A DNA stretch of 64,000 nucleotides from Nitrospiraceae bacterium (GTDB taxonomy: Bacteria; Nitrospirota; Nitrospiria; Nitrospirales; Nitrospiraceae), in the NCBI GenBank assembly GCA_037442105.1, contig JBBIQV010000007.1, forward strand, positions 1 to 64,000, in the 5' to 3' direction. Below are positions 40,031-49,111 of the stretch, piece after piece (position 1 is the first letter of the stretch; each line of letters starts with the position of its first letter). The position numbers and the translations under genes were made by a program. The notes beneath the pieces were generated by a model. It had not been told where the DNA came from. It made no database searches and saw only the letters and a program-made list of their open reading frames with translations.

Positions 40031-41188
40031 TTACCCTGACCTGAGCACGTCCAGGAAACTCTCGCCGTAGGGCAACCGATCAGCTTTCAACGCTTCCGCA
40101 ATGGTTTGTCCCAGATCAGCCGCTGTGGCACGTTTCCCCAGATTGACTCCGTGGGCCAACTTCGATCCGCTCACCAGAATCGGCACGTACTCGCGCGAGT
40201 GGGTAGGAACTGGCCTTCTTGGATCGTGTCCATGATCCGCCGTGACGCACAACAGATCGTCCGACCGAAATTTGTCGCGCAGATCCGGAAGACGGCGATC
40301 AAACTCCTGCAATATCGCGGCAGCCGCGGCTGGATCATCGCCAATAACGTCAATGCTCACCCAGATCAACCCACGCGGAACCTTGCTTAGGGTCTTGTCC
40401 GCTTCAGTGAGAGCCGCGGCTAAGGAGCCGGCCTGGGCAGACTTCGTCAGCCCCCGCCCTCCGAAAAGGTCGTGCACCTTTCCAATCCCCACCACAAGTT
40501 GCCCGGCTCGGTTCAAGGCATCCAATAAGGTCTGGCCGGGCGGCTCCCCGGCAAAATCGCGCCGGCGTTCCGATAGAACAAACCCGCCGGCTTTGCCGAT
40601 GAACGGATGCGCGATAACCCGCACTCGCGAGTCCGCCCCTTTAACGATGCGTCGCGCGTCGCGACAGAGTTGGTACAACTCTTCCGGTCGGATCGCCGAT
40701 TCGTGTGCCGCCAGGTGGAACGTGCCGGCTGAATCCATCCAGACGATCGGTGCGCCGGTAGCCACGTGTTCCGCGCCCAACTCGTGGATCGGTGTCATCC
40801 CGGTAGCTTGCCGATTCCCCAGCGTCTTCCGGCCGCATACGGACTGAAAGGTCTCCAGGAACTGCCGGGGGAAATCGTTCCTGACGGTCTGCATAGTGGA
40901 ATCGACGGACAACCCCGCAATCTCCCAACAACCGACCAGCGAGTTCTTTCCGGGCGAGACAAACCCCATGATCCCAAAACACCCTTCGGGCTGTTCCATC
41001 GCCCGGACCCCTCTGAACCGGCCGATGTGCCCAAGACCAAGAGATTCGAGATTTGGAAGCGTCAGTCCGCCTGACGCGTCCGCCACGGACGCCAGCGTGT
41101 TGCAGCCCGCATCCCCGTACGCCGCCGCATCCGGCAACGATCCGACGCCAAGTCCATCCAGCACGATGAGCAGGATCCGATTAATCAT
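40031..41188 (-). CDS. deoB: Phosphopentomutase-like protein with divergent active site
   Basis: IVLDG.G.G..PDA..YGD, LPNL..LGLG, RVIA.PF, GIGK..D.F, TADHG.DP, HSREYVP. Confidence 0.8.
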   Translation of the reverse strand: MINRILLIVLDGLGVGSLPDAAAYGDAGCNTLASVADASGGLTLPNLESLGLGHIGRFRGVRAMEQPEGCFGIMGFVSPGKNSLVGCWEIAGLSVDSTMQTVRNDFPRQFLETFQSVCGRKTLGNRQATGMTPIHELGAEHVATGAPIVWMDSAGTFHLAAHESAIRPEELYQLCRDARRIVKGADSRVRVIAHPFIGKAGGFVLSERRRDFAGEPPGQTLLDALNRAGQLVVGIGKVHDLFGGRGLTKSAQAGSLAAALTEADKTLSKVPRGLIWVSIDVIGDDPAAAAAILQEFDRRLPDLRDKFRSDDLLCVTADHGHDPRRPVPTHSREYVPILVSGSKLAHGVNLGKRATAADLGQTIAEALKADRLPYGESFLDVLRSG

Positions 41189-41329
41189 GCGCGCACTATA
41201 CCAGAAGAAGAGTAGCTCTCAAAGATGGCTAGAGAAACGCTCCGGATATATTGCGGCCCTTTTGATCGTCCTGCTAGGATGCGCCGCCGATTATCCGGCC
41301 GCGCACGATCTCAGAAAGGAGCATGTATT

Positions 41330-42388
41330 GTGACCGCACGATGTGACTTGAAAACAGGTGTTTTTCTCCGGACCCTGTTTGTGATCCTAGCCTGTGCACA
41401 ACTCGCACACGTCGGCAGACCAGATCCTCTCCACGCTTGGAGCTGGACACCTTCCGACGAAGAGATCCGGAAATACCGGCAGAGTTGGAATCCCTTTTCA
41501 CATGGCCCGATCCTCCACACCGCAGTCGATCTCCAACCAGAAGGCCAGTATCTTCTCCGCCCGTTTATTTTTTCCCAGATCGGAGAGCATTCGTTCGACA
41601 ATCGCCTCCGGTTCTTCTCGGATCGCAAAAGCGGACCGGTGCACCTGTACAGCGTGCAGGAGCCATCATTGGAGTTTGCCTATGGGGTGACCGACCATAT
41701 CCAGTTTGGAGCCACGACGTCGGTCCAATCGTTCTGGGCACGAGAAAACGGCAAGATGGACACAGACACCGGTCCCGGCGACACCTCCTTTGCCCTCAAA
41801 TATCGTCCGATCGTTCAAGACCCGGACTCTTGGATTCCGTCGGTCACGTTCTTTCAACACATGGTGGTCCCTACAGGCAAGTGGCTCGGAACCAGCAAAC
41901 CGCCCGGCGGGTTTGCTCCGATCGGACGCTTTCCGACGACTCGATTCGGAGAAATTGCCATTACTGAGGGAGTGATGATCCGGAAAAATCTCCAGCCCTT
42001 CCGCTTCCAAGCCGGGGTGTTCTACACCTATGCGGCGCCGGGGAGCCAGGGCCAGCAAACCACCTATACGGGAGACCTTGTGAATACCCGCGTGTCGTTC
42101 GAGCATATTGTGGACGACAAGAGCGGGTTCGGCTATGGGCTGGAGCTGGTCACGCTCCACGGGCTCACGTGGCGGGCCGATGGCCACAGAATCAATCAGG
42201 GCCAACAGAACGGCTTCAGCGTGATTGGTGTGGAACCGACCATCCAATGGCGCTTCTGGGATACCAACTTCGTCGGCGCGTTCGGTGTGCTGTTCACTGG
42301 CGCCGGACAAAACGCACAAGAGGCAATCTATCCGAACCTCTCCATCTTTTATTATTGGAGCCAGACCGGCAAGGTGTTGATGCGATAG
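41330..42388 (+). CDS. Putative outer-membrane beta-barrel protein (paralog 1)
   Basis: AAGGAG then GTG 41330; signal peptide; G.GD....KYR; amphipathic strands; paralog of 44135-45181. Confidence 0.7.
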   Translation: MTARCDLKTGVFLRTLFVILACAQLAHVGRPDPLHAWSWTPSDEEIRKYRQSWNPFSHGPILHTAVDLQPEGQYLLRPFIFSQIGEHSFDNRLRFFSDRKSGPVHLYSVQEPSLEFAYGVTDHIQFGATTSVQSFWARENGKMDTDTGPGDTSFALKYRPIVQDPDSWIPSVTFFQHMVVPTGKWLGTSKPPGGFAPIGRFPTTRFGEIAITEGVMIRKNLQPFRFQAGVFYTYAAPGSQGQQTTYTGDLVNTRVSFEHIVDDKSGFGYGLELVTLHGLTWRADGHRINQGQQNGFSVIGVEPTIQWRFWDTNFVGAFGVLFTGAGQNAQEAIYPNLSIFYYWSQTGKVLMR

Positions 42389-42496
42389 CGGTCGGCCTTG
42401 GAAAGGAGGAGTGCCTTGACAATGTTCTCGAGGAAAGAGTAATGGCAGGAGGGGCGACAGACACTGTGATCATCCTCTCGGACTGCGGAGGCTCCC

Positions 42497-43045
42497 ATGA
42501 AACAACGAGCGAGGATCAAGACACACGTTGTGACACTGGCGTTGGCGATCGGCGTGGCCGTTCCACTCGTGTTTGCAGCCGACGCGCCTCAAGAACTGGC
42601 TGTCCGCTACCTTCTCGAAGCGGCCAAAGCCTTCCGTACCGTCTATTCGAAAACGATCGTCGAGCGGGCCGACAAGGTGGGAGTGAAACCGAACGAGAAC
42701 TGGATGACAGAGGATCACGCCATCATGTTGCCGGCGCAGTTCGTAAAGGCGGCCGGTGCAGAGATCAGAAGTTTCGAGTTGGGGTTAATCGGCCTGACGC
42801 CGATTTATCAATCCAATCTGCCGAAAACGCAGGCGGAAACCGATGCGTTAAAGAAGATGCTGGCGGACCAGGATCTCAAGGTAGTGACCTTCACAGATGG
42901 GAATCAGTATAAAGGGCTGGCCGCCGACTATGCCATCGTCCAGGCTTGCGCGGATTGTCACAACCGCCATCCGAACAGCCCGAAAAAGGATTTCCGGCAG
43001 GGCGATCTGATGGGTGCGATTGTAGTCCGGTTGAACACGAAATGA
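42497..43045 (+). CDS. Periplasmic c-type heme protein (Tll0287/DUF3365-like)
   Basis: Signal peptide; C-terminal CADCH followed by F..GD..GA. Confidence 0.85.
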   Translation: MKQRARIKTHVVTLALAIGVAVPLVFAADAPQELAVRYLLEAAKAFRTVYSKTIVERADKVGVKPNENWMTEDHAIMLPAQFVKAAGAEIRSFELGLIGLTPIYQSNLPKTQAETDALKKMLADQDLKVVTFTDGNQYKGLAADYAIVQACADCHNRHPNSPKKDFRQGDLMGAIVVRLNTK

Positions 43046-43087
43046 TCCGATTGCGGTTCATACGGTCGTCATGTCCGGCGCATCAGA

Positions 43088-43978
43088 CTAGTCGCTGACT
43101 TCCGGTTTCGACGCGAGCGTGCTCTTAAAAGTTCCGTCGCCGAGCTGACCGTCTTCGTTCTCTCCCCAACAGAGCACAGTGCCTTTCGCCAACGCGCAAG
43201 CGTGCTGTCCTCCTGCGGCAATCGCCGTGACCCCGCTTGAAACCGCTACAACATCGACGGGAGCATTCCTGTCCCTGCCGGTTCCATCTCCCAACTGCCC
43301 TTCGTGGTTGCTTCCCCAGCATTTCACTCCGCCGTCGGTCATCAGGGCGCAGACATGCCGCCACCCGCTCGCGATCGCTTTCACTCCGCTGGTCAGCCCC
43401 ACGACATCCACCGGGGTGTTTCTGTCGGTCCTTGTACCATCGCCGATCTCTCCATGGTGATTGCCTCCCCAACACTTGACGCCACCGGCGCTCGTGAGAG
43501 CGCAGGTGTGCCGCCATCGAGCGGAAATCGCCGAGACTCCCTGTGTCAGCCCAGGCACATCAGCCGGCGTTGGTCGATCGTTATCCGTTCCATCACCGAG
43601 CTGGCCATCGTGATTGTTCCCCCAACACTTCACGCCTCCCCCAGAGGTGATTGCGCAGGTATGGCGCCACCCGGCAGCGATGGCCTTCACCCCGCTTGCC
43701 AACTCCGCGACATCCCCCGGCGTACTCCGATCAGCTTCTTTGCCATCACCCAACTGGCCATCGTGATTGAATCCCCAACATTTGACGCCGCCGCTTGAAG
43801 TCAAGACACAGGTATGGCGCTCACCAGCCTTGACCTCGACCACGTCGGTGAGGAGCCTCGTCGGGACGCTGATCTCAGCGCAGGCGGACAGGACCAGAAC
43901 GGGCAGCAACAACGAACCGACTTTCAGCCGACGTTCGGTCTGGACAGTGAGGCCTGAGGATAGATCGTGATGAGTCAT
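43088..43978 (-). CDS. RCC1-repeat lipoprotein
   Basis: Lipobox VLSAC; five AG..HTCA.T..GGVKCWG.N..GQLGDG repeats; GGAGG RBS. Confidence 0.88.
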   Translation of the reverse strand: MTHHDLSSGLTVQTERRLKVGSLLLPVLVLSACAEISVPTRLLTDVVEVKAGERHTCVLTSSGGVKCWGFNHDGQLGDGKEADRSTPGDVAELASGVKAIAAGWRHTCAITSGGGVKCWGNNHDGQLGDGTDNDRPTPADVPGLTQGVSAISARWRHTCALTSAGGVKCWGGNHHGEIGDGTRTDRNTPVDVVGLTSGVKAIASGWRHVCALMTDGGVKCWGSNHEGQLGDGTGRDRNAPVDVVAVSSGVTAIAAGGQHACALAKGTVLCWGENEDGQLGDGTFKSTLASKPEVSD

Positions 43979-44134
43979 AACCGTCCTCCGTTCTTGTCGG
44001 CATTCCTCGCAGACTGCGATCCGCCTCATCTTTTATGTTAAGCTCCTTCCTACACACTATTCTAGATGCTATGTTAACAAAATGACCGTCACGAGACATG
44101 AAGATTCTCCGCGCACTTGACCGAGAGCAAGAGC

Positions 44135-45181
44135 ATGAATCGGCGCATCTTTCTATTGACCCTCCTCTTACTGGCTCCGTCAGGACCGGCATCCGGAGCC
44201 GAGGTGTTCGATTGGGTATCGAACGTCCACTGGGTTCCCACAGAAGAGGAAATCAGGAAATACCGCAAGAGCTGGAATCCGCTTTCCCATGGACCGATGT
44301 TGATTTCCTCTCCGGATATTCAGCCGGAAGGTCAATGGTACATCCGCCCGCTCGTCTTTACTCAAATCGGCGAGAGCAGTTTCGGCAACGAGTTTCGTCT
44401 TGCAACGGACGCCAACCGAGGCCCCCTTCACATCTACAACATTCAGTCACCCTTCATTCAAAGCGCCTACGGCATCACCAATCACCTTGAGCTGGTCGGA
44501 CAAACGTCGATCGGTGGATTCTGGGCCAGACAAAACGGTAAGGTGGAGAATGACTTTGGGCTCGGCGATTCCTCCATCATCCTCAAATACCGGCCCATCG
44601 TGCAAGACCCGGACTCCTGGGTGCCCAGTATCAATTGGTTCAATCAAGTTTCCCTCCCCACCGGAAAATGGGCTGGAACGGAGAAGACCCCCGGCGGATT
44701 TTCTCCCATCGGCCGGTTTCCTTCGACTCGCTCCGGCGAGGTCAGCCTGACAAGCGGGATCGCCTTTCGGAAGAACCTGGAACCCTTTCGCTGGAGCGGC
44801 GGCGTCTACTACACCTACTCCGCTCCCGGACTGAAAAATTCGAAAGGCGAAGCGACTTATTTCGGGGACTTGGTCAATACCCGCCTGATTTTTGAGCACA
44901 TTCTGAGCGACAAGCACGGGTTTGGGTATAATCTTGAGTTTGTGACCTTACACGGGGTCACCCACCGTATCGACGGACACGACATTAACTCCGGACAGAA
45001 AAGCGGCTTTTCCGTCGTCGGCGTGGAACCATCCGTCCAATGGCGGATCGGCGACACGAATTTCCTGTGCGCGGCCGGCGTCCTCTTCACCGCAGCCGGC
45101 CAGAATGCCACCAACTCGATTTACCCGAACTTCTCGATCTTTTATTATTGGAGCAAGAGCGGTAAGGTGATGATGCGATGA
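44135..45181 (+). CDS. Putative outer-membrane beta-barrel protein (paralog 2)
   Basis: Signal peptide; shares EEIRKYR.SWNP.SHGP ... YPN.SIFYYWS..GKV.MR with paralog 1. Confidence 0.72.
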   Translation: MNRRIFLLTLLLLAPSGPASGAEVFDWVSNVHWVPTEEEIRKYRKSWNPLSHGPMLISSPDIQPEGQWYIRPLVFTQIGESSFGNEFRLATDANRGPLHIYNIQSPFIQSAYGITNHLELVGQTSIGGFWARQNGKVENDFGLGDSSIILKYRPIVQDPDSWVPSINWFNQVSLPTGKWAGTEKTPGGFSPIGRFPSTRSGEVSLTSGIAFRKNLEPFRWSGGVYYTYSAPGLKNSKGEATYFGDLVNTRLIFEHILSDKHGFGYNLEFVTLHGVTHRIDGHDINSGQKSGFSVVGVEPSVQWRIGDTNFLCAAGVLFTAAGQNATNSIYPNFSIFYYWSKSGKVMMR

Positions 45182-45269
45182 CGTCGAACATCGCCGGCTT
45201 GATCCCAACAGCCCACGGTTGTTACAAGGAGTAAGCTTATCCTTTAACCGAATATTAAGGAGTCCGCCT

Positions 45270-45593
45270 GTGGACAAGAGTGTGCCGGTCAAAATGGTGA
45301 TGCTGATCTTTCGTGATTCCCTCGATGATGACATCGTGAGCCTGCTGAAACAGTCCGGGGTCAAAGCCTTCACGGAAATGCACAATGTGGAAGGGCTTGG
45401 TGAAACGGGAGCCGCCTTTCATTCGTTTACGTGGCCAGGGAGAAACGCCATGATTTTGGCCGCCATGCCGGAGGATCGTGCCGATCGACTGGTCAAAATG
45501 TTGAGGGAGTTTCGTGACGAGCGAGTCAAGCAACAACATGGGCTCAAGTTCCCTCTGCGAGTGTTTGTTCTGTCCGGCCTGGAATCGGTATAG
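45270..45593 (+). CDS. P-II-like transporter-associated small protein
   Basis: AAGGAG RBS; G.G.TG.....WPG.N motif; directly upstream of the RND operon. Confidence 0.7.
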   Translation: MDKSVPVKMVMLIFRDSLDDDIVSLLKQSGVKAFTEMHNVEGLGETGAAFHSFTWPGRNAMILAAMPEDRADRLVKMLREFRDERVKQQHGLKFPLRVFVLSGLESV

Positions 45594-45695
45594 TCTCGGT
45601 ACAGAAAGCAGACCGCGTGGGGTAATGGCACATCGGGCAGAACTCCTGGCTATTAGCTATTCGCTATTCGCCGTCCGCTGTCTGCGAGAACAGCA

Positions 45696-48600
45696 ATGAT
45701 TCATGCAGCCCTGCATAATCCTTACGCGGTGGTGGCGATCAGCCTGATCGTCGTGATCCTGGGCGTGGTGTCCTTCCAGAACATGGTGGTGGACATCTTC
45801 CCGGAGATCAACATCCCCGTCGTAGCCGTGGCCACTTTCTATAAGGGCATGGGTCCCTCTGAGATCGAAGGAGCCATCACCTTGCGACTGGAGCAGCTCT
45901 ACCTGCAAGCGTCGTATGTCGAGCACATCGAGTCCCGCTCCCTGCCCGGCGTGAGTCTGATTAAGATCTATTTTCATCCGTCTTACGACGTGAACGCGGG
46001 CATGGCCGAGATCACCAGCCTCACCTACTCGGCCCTGCGCTATCTGCCCCAGGGTGTCTTCCCGCCCGTGATCATCAAGTTCGGCGCGGCCAGCCTGCCG
46101 ATCGGCACGCTGACAGTCAGCAGCGAAACGTTGGGGGAGAAAGACGTGCGGGACCTCGCCCAGCGAAGCCTGCTGCCTCAGGTGGCTCTGAGCGAAAAAG
46201 AAGTGCGGGACCTCGCCTATTACGGCGTGCGGCCCCAGTTAGCCAACGTGCCCGGCGTCTTCGTCGCCCCGAGCTTCGGCGGGACCGTCCGCCAGATCAC
46301 AGTGTTTCTGGACCGGGAGCGGATGTTGGCACGAGGCCTCTCGACGAACGACGTGGTCAGCGCCGTCAATGCCCAGAGCCTGCTGCTGCCGGCCGGCAAC
46401 GTGAAGATCGGCGAGTTCGACTACAACGTCTACACCAACAGTATGATCAAGTTCGTCGAGCAGATGAACGACATCCCGCTCAAGGTGGTCAACGGCGTAC
46501 CGGTCATGCTGAAGGACGTGGGGCGGGCCGCGGACTCCACGATGATCCAAGGCAATGTCGTGCGGATCAACAGCCGGCGGGCAGTGTACCTGCCGATCAT
46601 GAAGCAGGCGGGGGCGAACACGATTCAGGTCATCGATGGGATCAAGAAAACCCTGCACAAGCTGCTGGGCCTGCCCAAAGAACTGACCGTCAAGTTGATC
46701 TTCGACCAGTCGCTGTACATCCGCCAGGCAATCCAGACATTGGAGCACGAGGGTCTCCTGGGCGGCGGCCTCGCCTGTCTCATGGTCTTCTTGTTCCTCG
46801 GGAGCCTCCGCTATACGTTCATCATTGCTCTCGCCATCCCCATCTCAATCCTGGCCGCCTTTGTGCTGCTGTACTTCACGGGCCACACCGTAAACGTGAT
46901 GACCCTCGGAGGACTTGCGCTCGTCATCGGGACCCTGCTCGATAACAACATCGTCGTGCTGGAAAACGTCCATCGTCACCTGGGAATGGGCAAGACCTCT
47001 CATCAAGCAGCCGGCGACGGAGTCTCCGAAGTAGCGCTGCCGATGTTCGTCTCGACCATCAGTATCCTGATCGTGTACTTGCCCATCGTGTTCTTTACGG
47101 GAATCATCAAGTTCCTCTTCGTGCCCCTCGCATTAGCCGTCGCCTACGCCATGGTGGCTTCTTATGTGTCTTCCATGACGGTGGCACCGGTCGCTATGGC
47201 CGCTCTCATCAAGCACGACGGTCATTCCTCAGGTGAAGGTGTCGACGATTCTTCCCGATTGTTCGACCGGCTATTCGGCTCTGTCGTCGCCGGTTATGTC
47301 CACACCTTGCGTTGGTGTCTCCAACGCAAGGTGTTTGTGGTGGCGAGCGTGGCGGCCATCTTTGTCGGCTCCGTGCTCATGGCCCCCCGCTTAGCCACGG
47401 AGTTTTTCCCCAAGGTTGACGCCGGCCAGTTCATCCTCAACGTCGCCGCCCCCGAAGGCACGCGCGTCGAATCCACCGAGGCGATCATCGGCCAGATCGA
47501 AGAAGTCGTTCGGCAGGAAATTCCCGCTGCCGAACTCGATCAGATCGTCGCCAACATCGGGCTCCCCCATGGTTGGATGGTGCTCTTTACCCCGGTCAAC
47601 GGCCCCCATCAAGCCTTTCTACTTGTGAGCCTCACCCGCGATCACAGGGTCCGTACAGACGATCTCATCGCCCGGCTCCGCGTTCGCTTAGCCCGGCAGT
47701 TCCCGGGCCTGAAGCTCTCTTTTCAGAGCGGCGGGATCGTCAGCGACGTGATCAATTTCGGGCTCCCGGCCCCGATCGACATCAAAGTGAGCGGCCCCAA
47801 CTTGACTGAGGTGGCTGAGGCGGCCGGTCGCATTCGGGAGGTGGCGGCCCACGTGGCGGGCACGGCAGATGTGCAAGTGCGACAGGGTATGAACTATCCG
47901 GAGCTCCACCTCGATGTGAACCGGGCCAAGTCCGCCTATGTGGGTTTGAGCCAGCAACGGGTGGTCATGGATCTGGTCACGGGGCTCAGCTCCAACATGA
48001 CGCTGAACCCCGGCTACTGGATCGATCCGAAATCCAACAATGCTTACTTCGTCGTGGCGCAGTATCCGGAGCAGACGCTCATTACCTTCGAAGACTTTTT
48101 GAATACGCCGCTCGTCGGCGCCAAAGTCGAGCAGCCGGCGGTCGCCAGCGCGGTCGCTGCTGCGGGACGAGGGAGCGCTCTGGCACTCCAGCAGACTCCC
48201 TTTCCGGAGCGTCCCACCCTTCCACAGGCACCGACGATTAATGCGCCGGTGCTCCTTCGCGACCTGGCCGACATCACCCGAAAGACCGGGCCGGAGACGG
48301 TGGACCATTACAATCTCCAACGGACGATGGATGTGCTCGTCAGCGTGCCTGGCAACGACCTCGGTCGGGTCGCCGGCCAGGTGGAGGAGGCGCTGAGCAA
48401 CCTCACGCTGCCCAGGGACGTCAAGGTGATGTTTATGGGAGAGGTAGACGGGATGCGCGCGGCGCTCAAAGGATTCAGTGGTGTCCTTCCGCTGGCTGTG
48501 CTATTGATTTACCTGGTCATGGTCGGATTGTTTCGCTCCTATCTCGATCCGTTGATCATCTTGTTCTCGGTTCCGTTGGGGTTCATCGGCGTCATCTGGA

Positions 48601-48974
48601 TGTTGCTCCTCACCGGCACGTCGGTGAACGTCGAGTCCCTGATCGGCACACTCATGATGATCGGCATCGTAGTGGCGAACGGCGTGTTACTCGTGGATTT
48701 TGCCAACCGGCTGATACAGGAGGGGATGAATGTAGAACAGGCAGTGGTGGCGGCGGCGCGGCTCCGTATCCGTCCGATTCTCATGACTTCATTGGCGACA
48801 GTATTGGGCCTGGCTCCCATGGCGCTCGGCATCGGCGAGGGCAGCGAGGCCAACATGCCGCTCGCGCGCGCCGTGATCGGCGGCTTGCTCGTCTCGACCT
48901 TCATGACCCTGCTGTTCATTCCTGTTCTTCATGTGATCGCCCATCAGAGAAGCGAGCAGCGAATGGCTGGATGA
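45696..48974 (+). CDS. RND efflux permease subunit 1 (AcrB/CusA superfamily)
   Basis: VDIFPEI..P, NVMTLGGLAL.IG.LLDN.IVV.EN, FFP.VD.G, R.RPILMT. Confidence 0.95.
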   Translation: MIHAALHNPYAVVAISLIVVILGVVSFQNMVVDIFPEINIPVVAVATFYKGMGPSEIEGAITLRLEQLYLQASYVEHIESRSLPGVSLIKIYFHPSYDVNAGMAEITSLTYSALRYLPQGVFPPVIIKFGAASLPIGTLTVSSETLGEKDVRDLAQRSLLPQVALSEKEVRDLAYYGVRPQLANVPGVFVAPSFGGTVRQITVFLDRERMLARGLSTNDVVSAVNAQSLLLPAGNVKIGEFDYNVYTNSMIKFVEQMNDIPLKVVNGVPVMLKDVGRAADSTMIQGNVVRINSRRAVYLPIMKQAGANTIQVIDGIKKTLHKLLGLPKELTVKLIFDQSLYIRQAIQTLEHEGLLGGGLACLMVFLFLGSLRYTFIIALAIPISILAAFVLLYFTGHTVNVMTLGGLALVIGTLLDNNIVVLENVHRHLGMGKTSHQAAGDGVSEVALPMFVSTISILIVYLPIVFFTGIIKFLFVPLALAVAYAMVASYVSSMTVAPVAMAALIKHDGHSSGEGVDDSSRLFDRLFGSVVAGYVHTLRWCLQRKVFVVASVAAIFVGSVLMAPRLATEFFPKVDAGQFILNVAAPEGTRVESTEAIIGQIEEVVRQEIPAAELDQIVANIGLPHGWMVLFTPVNGPHQAFLLVSLTRDHRVRTDDLIARLRVRLARQFPGLKLSFQSGGIVSDVINFGLPAPIDIKVSGPNLTEVAEAAGRIREVAAHVAGTADVQVRQGMNYPELHLDVNRAKSAYVGLSQQRVVMDLVTGLSSNMTLNPGYWIDPKSNNAYFVVAQYPEQTLITFEDFLNTPLVGAKVEQPAVASAVAAAGRGSALALQQTPFPERPTLPQAPTINAPVLLRDLADITRKTGPETVDHYNLQRTMDVLVSVPGNDLGRVAGQVEEALSNLTLPRDVKVMFMGEVDGMRAALKGFSGVLPLAVLLIYLVMVGLFRSYLDPLIILFSVPLGFIGVIWMLLLTGTSVNVESLIGTLMMIGIVVANGVLLVDFANRLIQEGMNVEQAVVAAARLRIRPILMTSLATVLGLAPMALGIGEGSEANMPLARAVIGGLLVSTFMTLLFIPVLHVIAHQRSEQRMAG

Positions 48975-49098
48975 AATAGCGAATAGAGAACAGCGGGTAG
49001 CGAGTAGCCAGAAAGGAAGGGCCTGCCTCTCCCTGGTTTCGGACTATTCGCTATTCGCTGTTTCTAGCTATTCACTGCCCGCTATCAGCTATTCGCTT
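48950..49098. repeat. Inverted heptamer arrays between the RND paralogs, extending into the RND1 3' end
   Basis: GCGAGCA GCGAATG GCTGGAT ... GCGAATA GAGAACA GCGGGTA GCGAGTA facing CTATTCG CTATTCG CTGTTT ... GCTATCA GCTATTC. Confidence 0.75.
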
Positions 49099-49111
49099 TT
49101 CTAGGTGATCA

